This document shows, piece by piece, positions 36,308 to 46,524 of a stretch of 61,956 nt of DNA (position 1 is its first letter; each line of letters starts with the position of its first letter). The DNA comes from an uncultured Candidatus Saccharibacteria bacterium. GTDB lineage: Bacteria > Patescibacteriota > Minisyncoccia > Minisyncoccales > GWA2-38-27. The notes below the pieces were generated by a model. It was not told where the DNA came from. It made no database searches and worked only from the letters and a program-made list of their open reading frames with translations. The translations under genes and the position numbers were made by a program. The DNA is taken from the NCBI GenBank assembly GCA_964394985.1, contig CAYMZK010000001.1, positions 1 through 61,956 of the forward strand, given 5' to 3'.

Positions 36308-37434
36308 AGTAAAGAATCTAGTTTTTTAGATATATTAAGGTAATTATACTTTTCTACTTCTTCTTGATTGGGGTTGTATGGTATTCCTCCGGAATAAAAA
36401 TCATTATAGTATTTTAAAACAGCTTCGGCAGTATTTTCTTTACCAATAACTGTTTTGCCAGTATTAGTTTTTCTAATAATTTTATCTGAAGGAGAATCAA
36501 TTTCGTCTATAGCTAAAATTGGCCTTTTGGCTGCCAGATATTCATATATTTTTGCTGAAAGATATTCTTGCTTTTGGGGATTGGCGCCAATTAAAAGAAG
36601 AACGCTACTTTCTAATTGTTTCTCTAAAACCTTCTTATGATCAATCCAGTTCTTTTTATCATAAACATTTATTATAATCTTTTCTTTTTCAATCAACCCC
36701 TTTTTTATTAAATCATTAACAGCATTAAAAAAATCATTGAAAGCTTCTTTAAAAAAGGGATATTTAGTCCCGGTGTAGGTTATGGTGAAAATAGAATTTT
36801 GCTTTTTATTTTCTATTGAATTAAAACCATTAGTAATCGTATGAAATTTATCAGAACTTTTACCATAAGCTTCTTTATTTAACCTAGTCATATGAGGAGC
36901 AACTGAAATAACTAAATCCGATTTTTCAAAAACAGATCTTTCCATCCTTTTTTCTATTATTTTTTTAATAAAACTCTTTTTGTAAAAAAGAATATTTTTG
37001 GTCCAAGGATCTCTAAATTCAGCTACCCACCTTTTATTGCTTTTCTCTTTTAATTTCTTAGCTAAAAGATGAACTGAAAAAGAAGGGGCTGAAGAATAAA
37101 TTATATCTATATCTTCTTTTTTGATAATTTCTAATCCTTTTTTAACCCCCAAGGGATACCAAGCTAAAAAACGATCGGGAGCTAAAAAAAGATGAGCCAA
37201 GGCCATTAGTAATTTCTGTTTAGGAATAACCATTTTAGTTCTAAAAACTTTAATTTTTGAAGAAACTAAATCTAAATCTTCTTCTCTGAAAGGATAATAA
37301 CCCTTTTTTAAGGTCAAAACAAAAACCTCCCAACCAAGATCAGAAAGATTGTTAGCAATTGAAAAAAGTCTTTTAGAACCACTGCCTATTCTAGGCGGGA
37401 AAGCAGTTGAAATAATTAAGATTTTTTTAGCCAT
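36304..37434 (-). CDS. Glycosyltransferase (GT4/GT-B-like)
   Basis: N-terminal ILIISTAFPP...GSG and a C-terminal KIYEYLAAKRPILAI region. It sits in an operon with other glycosyltransferases. Confidence 0.7.
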   Translation of the reverse strand: MAKKILIISTAFPPRIGSGSKRLFSIANNLSDLGWEVFVLTLKKGYYPFREEDLDLVSSKIKVFRTKMVIPKQKLLMALAHLFLAPDRFLAWYPLGVKKGLEIIKKEDIDIIYSSAPSFSVHLLAKKLKEKSNKRWVAEFRDPWTKNILFYKKSFIKKIIEKRMERSVFEKSDLVISVAPHMTRLNKEAYGKSSDKFHTITNGFNSIENKKQNSIFTITYTGTKYPFFKEAFNDFFNAVNDLIKKGLIEKEKIIINVYDKKNWIDHKKVLEKQLESSVLLLIGANPQKQEYLSAKIYEYLAAKRPILAIDEIDSPSDKIIRKTNTGKTVIGKENTAEAVLKYYNDFYSGGIPYNPNQEEVEKYNYLNISKKLDSLL

Positions 37435-38714
37435 TTAAAAATATTTAAATAAAGTTTAAGGTCTGACCTTTGAGGTAAAATTATATCTCTTATCTTGTTA
37501 CCGGATATCTTAGCATAAAAAACCAATTTCATTAAGAAAGAAAGGGTGTAGCAAATTGAAGTGGCCCAAGCTGCGCCAATAATGCCATGCTTAGGAATCC
37601 AAAATATATTTAAAACAATATTTAAAATAATAACAATGAAATTTGAATAAGCGCTAAACAAGGGTCTCCCTCTGCCATAAAGATCATAAGTAATAGTTCT
37701 TGATGCACTCATAGCAATAGTTCCAATTAACAGTATTTGCAGGGGCAAAACCGAATCTAAAAATCTAGTGCCAAATAGCAAAACAACCAACCATTTACTA
37801 AAAAGAAGAAGAATTAAAGAAATTACAGCAGTAACTAACAATACATTTCGACAAACAATCGGAGTCAACCATCTTGATTTTTCTTCTTTATTAGCAATTT
37901 CTGGGAAAAGAATCGTTGAAGCTGATTTTGAAATTAACCAAATGTTTTCAGAAAAATTAACAGCAATAGAATAAAGACCAACGGCTAAGGGGTTAATAAA
38001 AAAGTTTATTAAAAAGATGTCCACCCTAAAGAAAAGAAAGGCAAAAACCCCTCCTAAATAAGTCTTAAAACCATAATCAAAAACCTCCTTTAAATACTTT
38101 CTATTAAAGCTAAAGGCAATTCCTCCAGTTAGTTTAAGAGTCCAAGCAAAAAGAACAATTGAAGAAACCAGCAGTCCAATAATTTGAGAACCAATCACGG
38201 CCGTTAATCCATATTGAGGACAGATTAAAAGAAATAATAAAAAGAGGAAAAATAAGAAAGTGGGTAAAAAATATATCAAATTATATTTTTCAATCTTTCT
38301 TAAGCCTAATAAGATATTTGTAATCAAAGCGGTAAAAAACTGAAAAGGAATTAGAGTTAATCCTAACAACAGATACCTTTTACTAATTCCTTGAAACAAA
38401 ATATCACTAGCAGTAAAAATAATTATCCCTCCGAGAATTAAAGACAAAATGCTAGTAATAATTGAAAGAACAATGCTATTACCTAAAATTTCCTTAGCCG
38501 AATATCTTTTTTTCCCAATTAGATAAACCGAAGACGAACCAATGCCAAATTCAGTAAAAACAATTAAAATCCCTGGCAAAAGAAGCATCAAGGAATAGAC
38601 TCCCTTTCCTCCAGCCCCCAGGACTCGAGCAATAATAATCATTGTCCCCAAGCCAAAAACAAGCTTTAAAAATCTGGTTATAAAAGTAATGATTGTTTTT
38701 TTAGTAAAGTTCAT
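37416..38714 (-). CDS. wzx: Wzx-type (MOP superfamily) oligosaccharide flippase
   Basis: About 12 TMs and polysaccharide-biosynthesis-protein architecture. Confidence 0.75.
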   Translation of the reverse strand: MNFTKKTIITFITRFLKLVFGLGTMIIIARVLGAGGKGVYSLMLLLPGILIVFTEFGIGSSSVYLIGKKRYSAKEILGNSIVLSIITSILSLILGGIIIFTASDILFQGISKRYLLLGLTLIPFQFFTALITNILLGLRKIEKYNLIYFLPTFLFFLFLLFLLICPQYGLTAVIGSQIIGLLVSSIVLFAWTLKLTGGIAFSFNRKYLKEVFDYGFKTYLGGVFAFLFFRVDIFLINFFINPLAVGLYSIAVNFSENIWLISKSASTILFPEIANKEEKSRWLTPIVCRNVLLVTAVISLILLLFSKWLVVLLFGTRFLDSVLPLQILLIGTIAMSASRTITYDLYGRGRPLFSAYSNFIVIILNIVLNIFWIPKHGIIGAAWATSICYTLSFLMKLVFYAKISGNKIRDIILPQRSDLKLYLNIFKWLKKS

Positions 38715-39753
38715 GGACCCAATTAGCTAATATTTGACAAGCTTTGCTTATTTCTATTTCTAACTCTTTTTGTCTTTTTTTAATCGTTTCTTTTTTTTCA
38801 TCAGTCCAATCATTTAGTTTGGCAAAAACATCAATTTCTTTTCTAAAATCTAGAGCAAATTCCGAACAGTTATAAAAATCCATGATATCCTGATATTTAT
38901 CATTCCAACCAATACTAACTACCGGCACCCCACTAGAAAGAGCAGCCACTAAGGCATGATAACGAGAAACAACAGCAAAATCAGCTCCGGCAATAATTCC
39001 TTTTAAGTCTTGGCAATCCAGATCTTTCTCAATAGTTAACTCTTTATTTATTTCTCGACATAAAACTCTATCAGATTTATTTTTATCTGGCGAAAGAGAA
39101 TGAGGCAACAAAATAACTCTTTTATTATAATAATTAACTAAATCCTTAAATAAAGAAATATACTTTTTTCTATTTATTCTAGCGGTTACCGCGCTCGGAC
39201 ATAAAACAATATAATTTTTTAAATCAGCTTTATTTCCAGCTAAAGTTATAGCTATATCCGGAAAACTATAAACCGGCCTATTAGTAATCTTCTTACAATA
39301 AGAAGCAGACAACTTTCCTCTAGCCATAATACAAGGAAGCTTCTTAAATTCTCTTTTAGCGATAAGCCTCACTCTCCAGTCATCAAAAGGTCCGTAGGAT
39401 TGGATAAATCTAAAAAAAGGTTTTTGATACTTTCGAGCGTGAAGAAAACAACGATGTTCATAAAGAGAAGCGTACCATTTTCTAGTTCCGTCTCCGACAA
39501 AAGCAATACCATTTAAATTAACAATACAAAGACAGTCTTTTAAAGCTTTCCGATATTGCTCTGTTTTTTCAGAAACAATCTCTACGCCATAATAACTGGC
39601 CCACTTCTTTTCTAAATCATAATAGATAGGAGCTACGCTAAAAACAAAATCATAATCTAAATATTTTTTCATCTCTTTTAAAAAAGAAATCGCCATCGCT
39701 GCTGCTCCACGATTTCCACTAAAAGATAATCCTGTTACCAAAATCTTTTGCAT
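38701..39753 (-). CDS. Polysaccharide pyruvyl transferase (WcaK/CsaB family)
   Basis: N-terminal GNRGAAAM and C-terminal VVSRYHALVAALSSGVPVVSIGWNDKY. Confidence 0.75.
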   Translation of the reverse strand: MQKILVTGLSFSGNRGAAAMAISFLKEMKKYLDYDFVFSVAPIYYDLEKKWASYYGVEIVSEKTEQYRKALKDCLCIVNLNGIAFVGDGTRKWYASLYEHRCFLHARKYQKPFFRFIQSYGPFDDWRVRLIAKREFKKLPCIMARGKLSASYCKKITNRPVYSFPDIAITLAGNKADLKNYIVLCPSAVTARINRKKYISLFKDLVNYYNKRVILLPHSLSPDKNKSDRVLCREINKELTIEKDLDCQDLKGIIAGADFAVVSRYHALVAALSSGVPVVSIGWNDKYQDIMDFYNCSEFALDFRKEIDVFAKLNDWTDEKKETIKKRQKELEIEISKACQILANWVHELY

Positions 39754-41300
39754 AATCTATAAATAGGAAAATATATTGAATAAAGAATAAAAACTAGTTT
39801 TAAGGGTAAATTGGCAACTAAATACTGAAAAAAACCTCTTAAAGGCCGTTTTCTTGAAACCGGAAATCTTTCAAAACTAGCTTTCTTTAAAGACAAGGGG
39901 GCTTCTTTTAAATATTCTTTTCCCTTTTTACTTCTTATTATTATAACATTAGTACCCACTTTATCGCTTTTCATTACTTCAGGAAGCCAAGCATCACCAA
40001 AAGAAACATCAGCAAAACTAGCAAAATGATCATTACATTTTCGACAAGAATTAAGATAAAAAGGACCGCTAAAGCAAAAACTATATAGTATTTTATCTAA
40101 AAAAGATTTATCGCGATCTAGTAAAACTATTTCCTTGTCATCAACATGAGCAATAATTCTTCTTCCGGGCCAACCACCATTACGATAACGAATTCTATCT
40201 ACTTTCTTAATCTTTTTCCTCTGACACAAAAACTCTAAAGCCTGGTGGCTACTAACCCCTCCACAAAAAAGGCCGATCTTAAAAATATTCTGATAATCTT
40301 TTAAGGCTCTTAAATTACAAGGAAGGCCAACGACTGCTATTTTTTTATCTGGATATTTCTTTAAAAATCTCCAAACAGGAGAAAAATCTACGGGGCAATA
40401 AATGCTATCACCATAATTAATTAAATCATCAGGGTTATTAACAAAAGCCATTTGATGTTTTAGGCCACTCGAAGGAACAGCCACAAAAGCTCCTTCTATC
40501 TTGCCACTGTCAATTAAATATTTTAGCAAGGTTGTAATTGATCCTCCAGAAGAACATTGATATCTAGTATTATCATTTTTACTAAACCCAAGATAACAAT
40601 CAAGCATTTTCTTAATTCCTTCTTCTAGGTCTGTTTTGGGCTCACCTAAATCAGAAACAATTGGTCCGGCTTTAAAATCATCACCTTCAATATATTTTAC
40701 ATTAACTGATCTATACTTCTTAACTATCTCAATAACTTTATTTAAAGTGTAAACTTTCCCAAAACCAATATTATAAGCCCCCTTTTTATTCATAGCTAAA
40801 ATACTAATTTCAACAACATCGTCAATATAGATAAAATCTCTGGTTTGACCACCATCGCCCTTAATAACAACTTCTCCTTTTAAGATTTGAGGAATAATTC
40901 CAGAAGCCCATTGACCAGGACCGTAAACATTACTTAATCTTAAGATAAGATAGTCGTCAACTTCTTTAACTGTCTCCTCTATTTCTAAATTAGCTTTAGC
41001 ATAATCACTTTCCGGATTATTATAAATAGCTCCGCCGCTAGAAAAAAAGACAAGCTTAGAGTGATGTTTTTTGGCTAAATCAGCAATTAATTTAGCTCTT
41101 TCTATCCCAGAATCATTATTACCATGCTTTAATCCTATCGCTCCGGCTAAATTAAAAACAAGATCTGGACTAATTAAAAAAGATTTTTCTATATCATCTT
41201 CTCTGTCTGAAACAAAAACCTCATGCCCTTTGTTTAAAAGAGCTTCTTTTAAATGAGAACCAATAAAGCCCCTTCCTCCTATTAGTAAAACTTTCTTCAT
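39735..41300 (-). CDS. Fusion protein: NAD(P)-binding SDR epimerase-like domain plus an FrhB/FdhB (coenzyme F420 hydrogenase beta subunit)-like domain
   Basis: N-terminal VLLIGGRGFIGSHL Rossmann domain (~235 aa), then CSSGGSITTLL, VVGLPCNLRAL, GLFCGG and CRKCNDHFASFADVSFGDAW. Confidence 0.7.
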   Translation of the reverse strand: MKKVLLIGGRGFIGSHLKEALLNKGHEVFVSDREDDIEKSFLISPDLVFNLAGAIGLKHGNNDSGIERAKLIADLAKKHHSKLVFFSSGGAIYNNPESDYAKANLEIEETVKEVDDYLILRLSNVYGPGQWASGIIPQILKGEVVIKGDGGQTRDFIYIDDVVEISILAMNKKGAYNIGFGKVYTLNKVIEIVKKYRSVNVKYIEGDDFKAGPIVSDLGEPKTDLEEGIKKMLDCYLGFSKNDNTRYQCSSGGSITTLLKYLIDSGKIEGAFVAVPSSGLKHQMAFVNNPDDLINYGDSIYCPVDFSPVWRFLKKYPDKKIAVVGLPCNLRALKDYQNIFKIGLFCGGVSSHQALEFLCQRKKIKKVDRIRYRNGGWPGRRIIAHVDDKEIVLLDRDKSFLDKILYSFCFSGPFYLNSCRKCNDHFASFADVSFGDAWLPEVMKSDKVGTNVIIIRSKKGKEYLKEAPLSLKKASFERFPVSRKRPLRGFFQYLVANLPLKLVFILYSIYFPIYRLCKRFW

Positions 41301-41334
41301 TTTCTTATTCTAGCTTTAAATTAATCTTTTTTCA

Positions 41335-41370
41335 AGAAAAAAGCAAAAGACGAGATTGCTCCCGTCTTTT
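41335..41370 (-). terminator. Intrinsic terminator after the phosphodiesterase gene
   Basis: Minus strand reads AAAGACG-N10-CGTCTTT followed by TGCTTTTTT. Confidence 0.6.
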
Positions 41371-41429
41371 AAATGCTTTTTTTATGGCTGGCTGTCTAAT
41401 CAATATCTCCTAATAATTTAAAAAAGTAA

Positions 41430-42128
41430 CTATAAGAAAAGTTTAGGGTAGTCAGTTACAATTTCATCAACCCCCATTTTAATTAATTTTTTTCCTTCTT
41501 TTTTGGTTTTAACATCAAAAACATAAACCTTCATCCCCATATTATGGGCCATATCAACAATCTTTTTATTTACTATCGGATAATTAGGACAAACATAATT
41601 TATACCAATCAATCTTCCAATCGTCCAAAGCACCACCATTTTACTAATAATATATCCTTCAAAAAGAAGTCCTAGATTAACCTTGCGGTCAATCATAGAC
41701 ATTTCTTGAAGATAGCGAGACTTAAAGGATATGATAACAACATCAGAAACAATGTCATTTTTAATAAGCAAATTATGAACCGGCTTTGCCAGGCCAGTTT
41801 CCTTTAACTCTACATACATATCTATTTTGTCTTTACAAAGATCAATAACTTCTTGCAGGGTTGGTATTTCTTGATTTTCTTCACATTCTAACTTCTTAAT
41901 TTCTTTTAAGGTCATTTCTGAAACCTTACCCCTTCCCTTTATGGTAGTTCTGTCTACTGTAGGATCATGAATAACCACTACTTCTTTATCTTTAGTCAAA
42001 CGAACATCAAGTTCAATTTTATCACAGCCCAAATCAATAGCTTTTTGAAAGGCTAATAAAGTATTTTCTGGCGCATAGCCAGAAGCTCCCCGATGAGCCA
42101 CCACTTTATACTCTCTCTTTTTACTCAT
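41430..42128 (-). CDS. Glycerophosphodiester phosphodiesterase (GlpQ/UgpQ family)
   Basis: VVAHRGASGYAPENTL, ELDVRLTKD and VIHDPTVDRTT motifs. Confidence 0.88.
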   Translation of the reverse strand: MSKKREYKVVAHRGASGYAPENTLLAFQKAIDLGCDKIELDVRLTKDKEVVVIHDPTVDRTTIKGRGKVSEMTLKEIKKLECEENQEIPTLQEVIDLCKDKIDMYVELKETGLAKPVHNLLIKNDIVSDVVIISFKSRYLQEMSMIDRKVNLGLLFEGYIISKMVVLWTIGRLIGINYVCPNYPIVNKKIVDMAHNMGMKVYVFDVKTKKEGKKLIKMGVDEIVTDYPKLFL

Positions 42129-42363
42129 CTTTTTTCTTGGCTATTCTTTGCAATTGTACAGAAATAATCACTACTACTAAAGTAATTATTAGGGCATAGA
42201 CAAACTTTCCAACAATTCCTTGCCCCTTTGGAAAAAGATAATTAAAAAAAGACTGAATAGCATCGTTCCAAGCCAAGGCAGCCACCAAACCAAAACCGGC
42301 TAAAATTAAAGTAGTAATTTTTTCTTTAGTAGCTCTTTCAATTTCTTTTAAAGCTTTTTTCAT
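42121..42363 (-). CDS. Small two-TM membrane protein (80 aa)
   Basis: Two hydrophobic helices separated by AWNDAIQSFFNYLFP. It overlaps the downstream gene by 8 nt. Confidence 0.6.
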   Translation of the reverse strand: MKKALKEIERATKEKITTLILAGFGLVAALAWNDAIQSFFNYLFPKGQGIVGKFVYALIITLVVVIISVQLQRIAKKKDE

Positions 42364-42430
42364 AATTATCTATTATCATATTTTTATATATTTTTATTTA
42401 TTATATTTTATCATAAAAAAATATTATTCA

Positions 42431-42461
42431 CAAAAAATGGGCGTCTTGCTAGCAGACGCCC
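42431..42461 (-). terminator. Intrinsic terminator after rarA
   Basis: GGGCGTCT-gctagca-AGACGCCC followed by ATTTTTTG on the minus strand. Confidence 0.8.
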
Positions 42462-42519
42462 ACATAATTATAGCAGTCCCTCTCCTATTGTCTCTGTTTT
42501 TCTTCTAAAAAGTCAACAA

Positions 42520-43638
42520 TTAAAAATACTTTCTGTCTTTTAATCTTTCTGGGAGATAAGATTCCTTGGAATATTTATCATATCCTTTACCATAACCTAT
42601 TTCTTTCATTAGTTCAGTGGAGGCATTTCTAATATTCATTGGTATTGGTAAATTACCATATCTTTTAACATCTTCTATCGCTTTCGTTAATCCGTTATAT
42701 GCTCTTCTGTCTTTTTTAGCTTGGCAAAGATAAACAACCCCATGAGCCAAGTTAATAGCGCACTCTGGCAAGCCGATTATTTCTACTGCCCTAAAAACAT
42801 CATTAGCAACTACCAAGGCTGTTGGTTGAGCAACGCCAATATCTTCAGAGGCAAAAATAACCATTCTTCTAGCAATAAACTTAGGATCTTCCCCAGAATT
42901 AATCATTCTAGCTAAATAGTACAAAGAAGCATCAACCTGACTAGCTCTCATGCTTTTAATAAAAGCAGAAATTGTATTATAATGTTCTTCTCCGGCCTTA
43001 TCATATCTTAAATATTTTGACTGAAGAGTATTTTTTAAATTATCTAGAGTTATTTCACCGTAAAGCTTTTGAGTATTTTCAATCATTGTTATTGCTTGAC
43101 GAGCATCCCCATTAGCCATTCTTACAAGCCAATCTTGAGAATCTTTATCTAATTCTAAATTAGTTCTTTGAATAATTTCTTTCATCTCCTGATCAGATAG
43201 CTCATTTAAAACAAAAACTCGGCATCTAGAAAGAAGAGCCGGAATTACTTCAAAGCTAGGATTTTCAGTAGTAGCTCCAATTAAAGTAATCTCTCCTTTT
43301 TCTACATAAGGAAGAAGAAAGTCTTGTTGAGATTTATTAAAACGATGAATTTCATCTAAGAATAATATCTTAGAAGACTTGTCTTCATTGATAATTTTAC
43401 GAATATCGTTTTTACCTGCTGAAACAGCAGACAATTCATAAAGTTTAGCATCCAAATCTTTAGCGTAAATTCTTGCCAAAGTAGTTTTCCCTGTTCCTGG
43501 AGGTCCCCAGAGAATAAAAGAAAACAAATGTTTTTGTTTGATAGCAACATTTAAAGGTTTGTCTTTATCAACCAAATGCTTTTGACCAATATACTCAGAC
43601 AAATTCTTAGGCCTAATTTTAGAAGCTAAAGGTTCCAT
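42520..43638 (-). CDS. rarA: Replication-associated recombination protein A (RarA/MgsA AAA+ ATPase), short form
   Basis: [32 protein letters not shown], and an MgsA C-terminal domain ([23 protein letters not shown]). Confidence 0.9.
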   Translation of the reverse strand: MEPLASKIRPKNLSEYIGQKHLVDKDKPLNVAIKQKHLFSFILWGPPGTGKTTLARIYAKDLDAKLYELSAVSAGKNDIRKIINEDKSSKILFLDEIHRFNKSQQDFLLPYVEKGEITLIGATTENPSFEVIPALLSRCRVFVLNELSDQEMKEIIQRTNLELDKDSQDWLVRMANGDARQAITMIENTQKLYGEITLDNLKNTLQSKYLRYDKAGEEHYNTISAFIKSMRASQVDASLYYLARMINSGEDPKFIARRMVIFASEDIGVAQPTALVVANDVFRAVEIIGLPECAINLAHGVVYLCQAKKDRRAYNGLTKAIEDVKRYGNLPIPMNIRNASTELMKEIGYGKGYDKYSKESYLPERLKDRKYF

Positions 43639-43700
43639 ACTTTCAGACTACCTCTTTACGGCCCAGAAATCAACCAATTTTTTAATCCAAACTATTTCAA

Positions 43701-43736
43701 AAAACTTCCAGTTAACACATATGTTCCAAATAAACG
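43701..43736. repeat. Conserved intergenic motif, copy 3 (upstream of rarA)
   Basis: AAAACTTCCAGTTAACACATATGTTCCAAATAAACG, with 1 mismatch to the cores of copies 1 and 2. Confidence 0.85.
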
Positions 43737-43742
43737 CAATAT

Positions 43743-45143
43743 CTAGCGGAAATTTGGAGCTAGAATTTTTATTTGATCTAATAACTCTTTATTTCCATAA
43801 AGCGAGTCTTCGTAGGATAAGGCTTTTAGCCTTCTTAACTGTCCCACGAAATCATCGTGATCAAAATCCTCCTCTTTATCAACTACAAATATTTTAGAGT
43901 GTTTAGTTTTTGATACTTTGTCGTCAGAAATAGTAATTTCTTCAAAAAGTTTTTCTCCTGGCCTTGAGCCAGTAATTTCAATTTTAATATCTTTATTTGG
44001 AGTATAGCCATAAGCTTCAATTAAAGCATTAGCCAGGTTTTTTATTTTAATCGGCTCGCCCATATCTAAAACAAAAATTTCTCCATTTTCTCCCAAAGTC
44101 CAAGATTGGATAATCAACTGAGCTGCTTCTTCTATAGTCATAAAATACCTAACCATTTCCGGATCAGTTATGGTTACCGGTCCTCCTTTCTTGATCTGAT
44201 CTTCAAAAAGAGGAACAACGCTTCCATTGCTTAACAAAACATTACCAAATCTTACTCCAGTAAAGCGAGTATTGTTTTTTTCAGCATAAACATACATCAT
44301 CTTTTCAGTAATTCTTTTAGTGGCTCCCATGACACTAGAGGGATTAATCGCCTTATCAGAAGAGACAAGGATAAAGTCGCTAACATTATTATCTATCGCT
44401 GACTGGCAAAGATTTTCAGTTCCAATAATATTATTTTTAACCGCTTCACTAATATTTTCTTCCATTAAAGGAACATGCTTATACGCTGCAGCATGAAAAA
44501 TAATATCCGGTTGATATTTTTTTAAAATCTGATCTACCCTATTTTTGTCCTGAATATTACCAATAACATACTCTATATTATAATAATCGTATTTCTTAAG
44601 CTTTCTTTTAAGTTCAAAGATTCCGGTCTCCCAAATATCAAAGCAGATAAGTTTTTTAGGCTTTAAAATAGCCATCTGTTTGGCTAACTCCGAACCAATT
44701 GAGCCAGCTGAACCAGTAATTAAAACTGTTTTATCTTTTATCTTTTCAGAAGTAGTGGTTAGATCGTGCTTGACTACCGGTCGTCCTAATAAGTCTTTGG
44801 GCTTGATATCTCTTACTTGCTCAAATCTAACTATCCCTCTTAAAATATCAATAGTCCTGGGAATTATTTTTGATTTTACCCCTTCTTGCTGTCCAATTGC
44901 CAAAACTTTTCTAATTAACTCTCCTTTAGCCGAAGGAATGGCAATAAAAAGCTCCTCCACTTCTTTTTCTTTAATCAATTCTCCTAATTTGGTTATTGGA
45001 CCATAAACCTTTATTCCCTCAATGTCTTTTTTAGAAAGATCGTCGTCAATAAAACCGGCTACTTGATAGTCCAAATCTTTAATTTCTTTTAATAATTTGA
45101 GGGCCGCTTCACCGGCTCCAATAATAAATATCTTTTTACCCAT
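43743..45143 (-). CDS. CapD/PglF/WbpM-family nucleotide-sugar 4,6-dehydratase (no N-terminal TM domain)
   Basis: ITGSAGSIGSEL, HAAAYKHVPLME and VSSDKAINPSSVMGATKR. Confidence 0.85.
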   Translation of the reverse strand: MGKKIFIIGAGEAALKLLKEIKDLDYQVAGFIDDDLSKKDIEGIKVYGPITKLGELIKEKEVEELFIAIPSAKGELIRKVLAIGQQEGVKSKIIPRTIDILRGIVRFEQVRDIKPKDLLGRPVVKHDLTTTSEKIKDKTVLITGSAGSIGSELAKQMAILKPKKLICFDIWETGIFELKRKLKKYDYYNIEYVIGNIQDKNRVDQILKKYQPDIIFHAAAYKHVPLMEENISEAVKNNIIGTENLCQSAIDNNVSDFILVSSDKAINPSSVMGATKRITEKMMYVYAEKNNTRFTGVRFGNVLLSNGSVVPLFEDQIKKGGPVTITDPEMVRYFMTIEEAAQLIIQSWTLGENGEIFVLDMGEPIKIKNLANALIEAYGYTPNKDIKIEITGSRPGEKLFEEITISDDKVSKTKHSKIFVVDKEEDFDHDDFVGQLRRLKALSYEDSLYGNKELLDQIKILAPNFR

Positions 45144-46524
45144 AATACTTGGTTAAGGCTTGACTTTTGGTTTTAATAAAAGGAATTAAACATAAAAGAG
45201 AAATAAAAGCTGGGATTCTAATTCTGGTAACAATACCGTAATTGCTGATAAAGATAGTAATTACCCCGAGAATTATTAAAGGTAATAAAAATAACGGAAG
45301 AGCCATCTTCTCTCTTTTTTTTATTGACCAATAACCTCCCAGAGCAATAAAAACAAGAAGAATATACCATGGAATTGTTTCTAATAAAGCAAAATAGTGA
45401 GCCGGTTTCTTTAATTGCCAAGGAAAAGGACCTAATAAGATATAGCTAAATCCTTTAGAGTATTCTTGAGTAAATTTAATTGGTTCATACCTAAAACTAA
45501 CTGTTTCTCTTTCCCAAGTAGAGGTATAGCCGACCGGTGCGTTTTCTTCTTCTTGAATTCTTCTAGGAGCACTAGAAGTATAAGCTTCTTCTTGATAAAA
45601 AGTAATATTTTCTGAGGTAAAACTTTTTTGAAATAAATTTATTCCAAAAAAACCATGACCATGAATTAAATGAGGAATAATTCCAATAGCAATAATTAAA
45701 ATGAAAGTATAAATAATTTTTCTTTTCAACCCTAGCTTTATTAAAAAAAGAACAGAAAAAATTAAAACAATACTCAAAGCATAAGCAATGTAAAAACGAA
45801 AGTTAAAGATAGCTATTAGGGTTAAATAAACAACTAAAAGATTTAAAAAAGAAAATCTTTTAATCAGCTTAATGATAAACAATAATCCCAATAAAACCAA
45901 AAAAGTAACTAAACCATCCTTTAAAAGTAAATTGTCATAGAAAAGATGGCTAGGGTAAACGCTAGCAATTAAACCAATCAAGAAAGCTAATTTATTAGAA
46001 CCACTAACCTCTTTACAAATCAAGTAAATTGCTATGGCTGTAATTACTGATAGCCAAACCTGAAAAATCATTCCAACCAACATTTCCGGCATACTGAAAG
46101 TATAAATAACTCCGATAATTACAGAATAAAAACGATAGGGATGCTTGCCGTTTTGATAAAAAGAAATGTTTTCAAAAGAAAAATTTCCGGATCTAAAATT
46201 ATCTGATAATTCCGAGGCAATCAAATGAACATTCTTGTATCCTCCGGCTCCACCACTAAATGGTTGAAATTCAAAATAGTAAATAAAGATAATCGCTAAT
46301 AAATGAATAATTAAAACAATTAAACATAACCAAAAAAGCTCTTTGCCGCCTATCTTTAATTTATTTAAAACTAAATAAGTAATTAAAAGCAGAAGAGCCA
46401 AAACAATCAAGGCAACTGCTAGAATTTTATCAAAAAAAGCAGAAACAATCAGAACAACAAAAAAAGCGACAATCCACTTAAATCTATTTTCAATTATTTG
46501 GAATAATTTTTTCATACTGATCAA
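45136..46524 (-). CDS. Polytopic membrane protein, putative GT-C-type glycosyltransferase or polymerase
   Basis: About 12 predicted TMs with an ArnT/PMT-like loop organisation. Only the glycan-island context supports the assignment. Confidence 0.45.
   Translation of the reverse strand: MISMKKLFQIIENRFKWIVAFFVVLIVSAFFDKILAVALIVLALLLLITYLVLNKLKIGGKELFWLCLIVLIIHLLAIIFIYYFEFQPFSGGAGGYKNVHLIASELSDNFRSGNFSFENISFYQNGKHPYRFYSVIIGVIYTFSMPEMLVGMIFQVWLSVITAIAIYLICKEVSGSNKLAFLIGLIASVYPSHLFYDNLLLKDGLVTFLVLLGLLFIIKLIKRFSFLNLLVVYLTLIAIFNFRFYIAYALSIVLIFSVLFLIKLGLKRKIIYTFILIIAIGIIPHLIHGHGFFGINLFQKSFTSENITFYQEEAYTSSAPRRIQEEENAPVGYTSTWERETVSFRYEPIKFTQEYSKGFSYILLGPFPWQLKKPAHYFALLETIPWYILLVFIALGGYWSIKKREKMALPLFLLPLIILGVITIFISNYGIVTRIRIPAFISLLCLIPFIKTKSQALTKYYG

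Noticed and set aside
43356-43550. 64-aa minus-strand ORF in an alternative frame of rarA (also 45218-45421, 49775-49993, 11250-11438 and 61377-61617)
   Set aside because: They are same-strand or overlapping alternative-frame ORFs within longer conserved genes, and nothing independent supports them.
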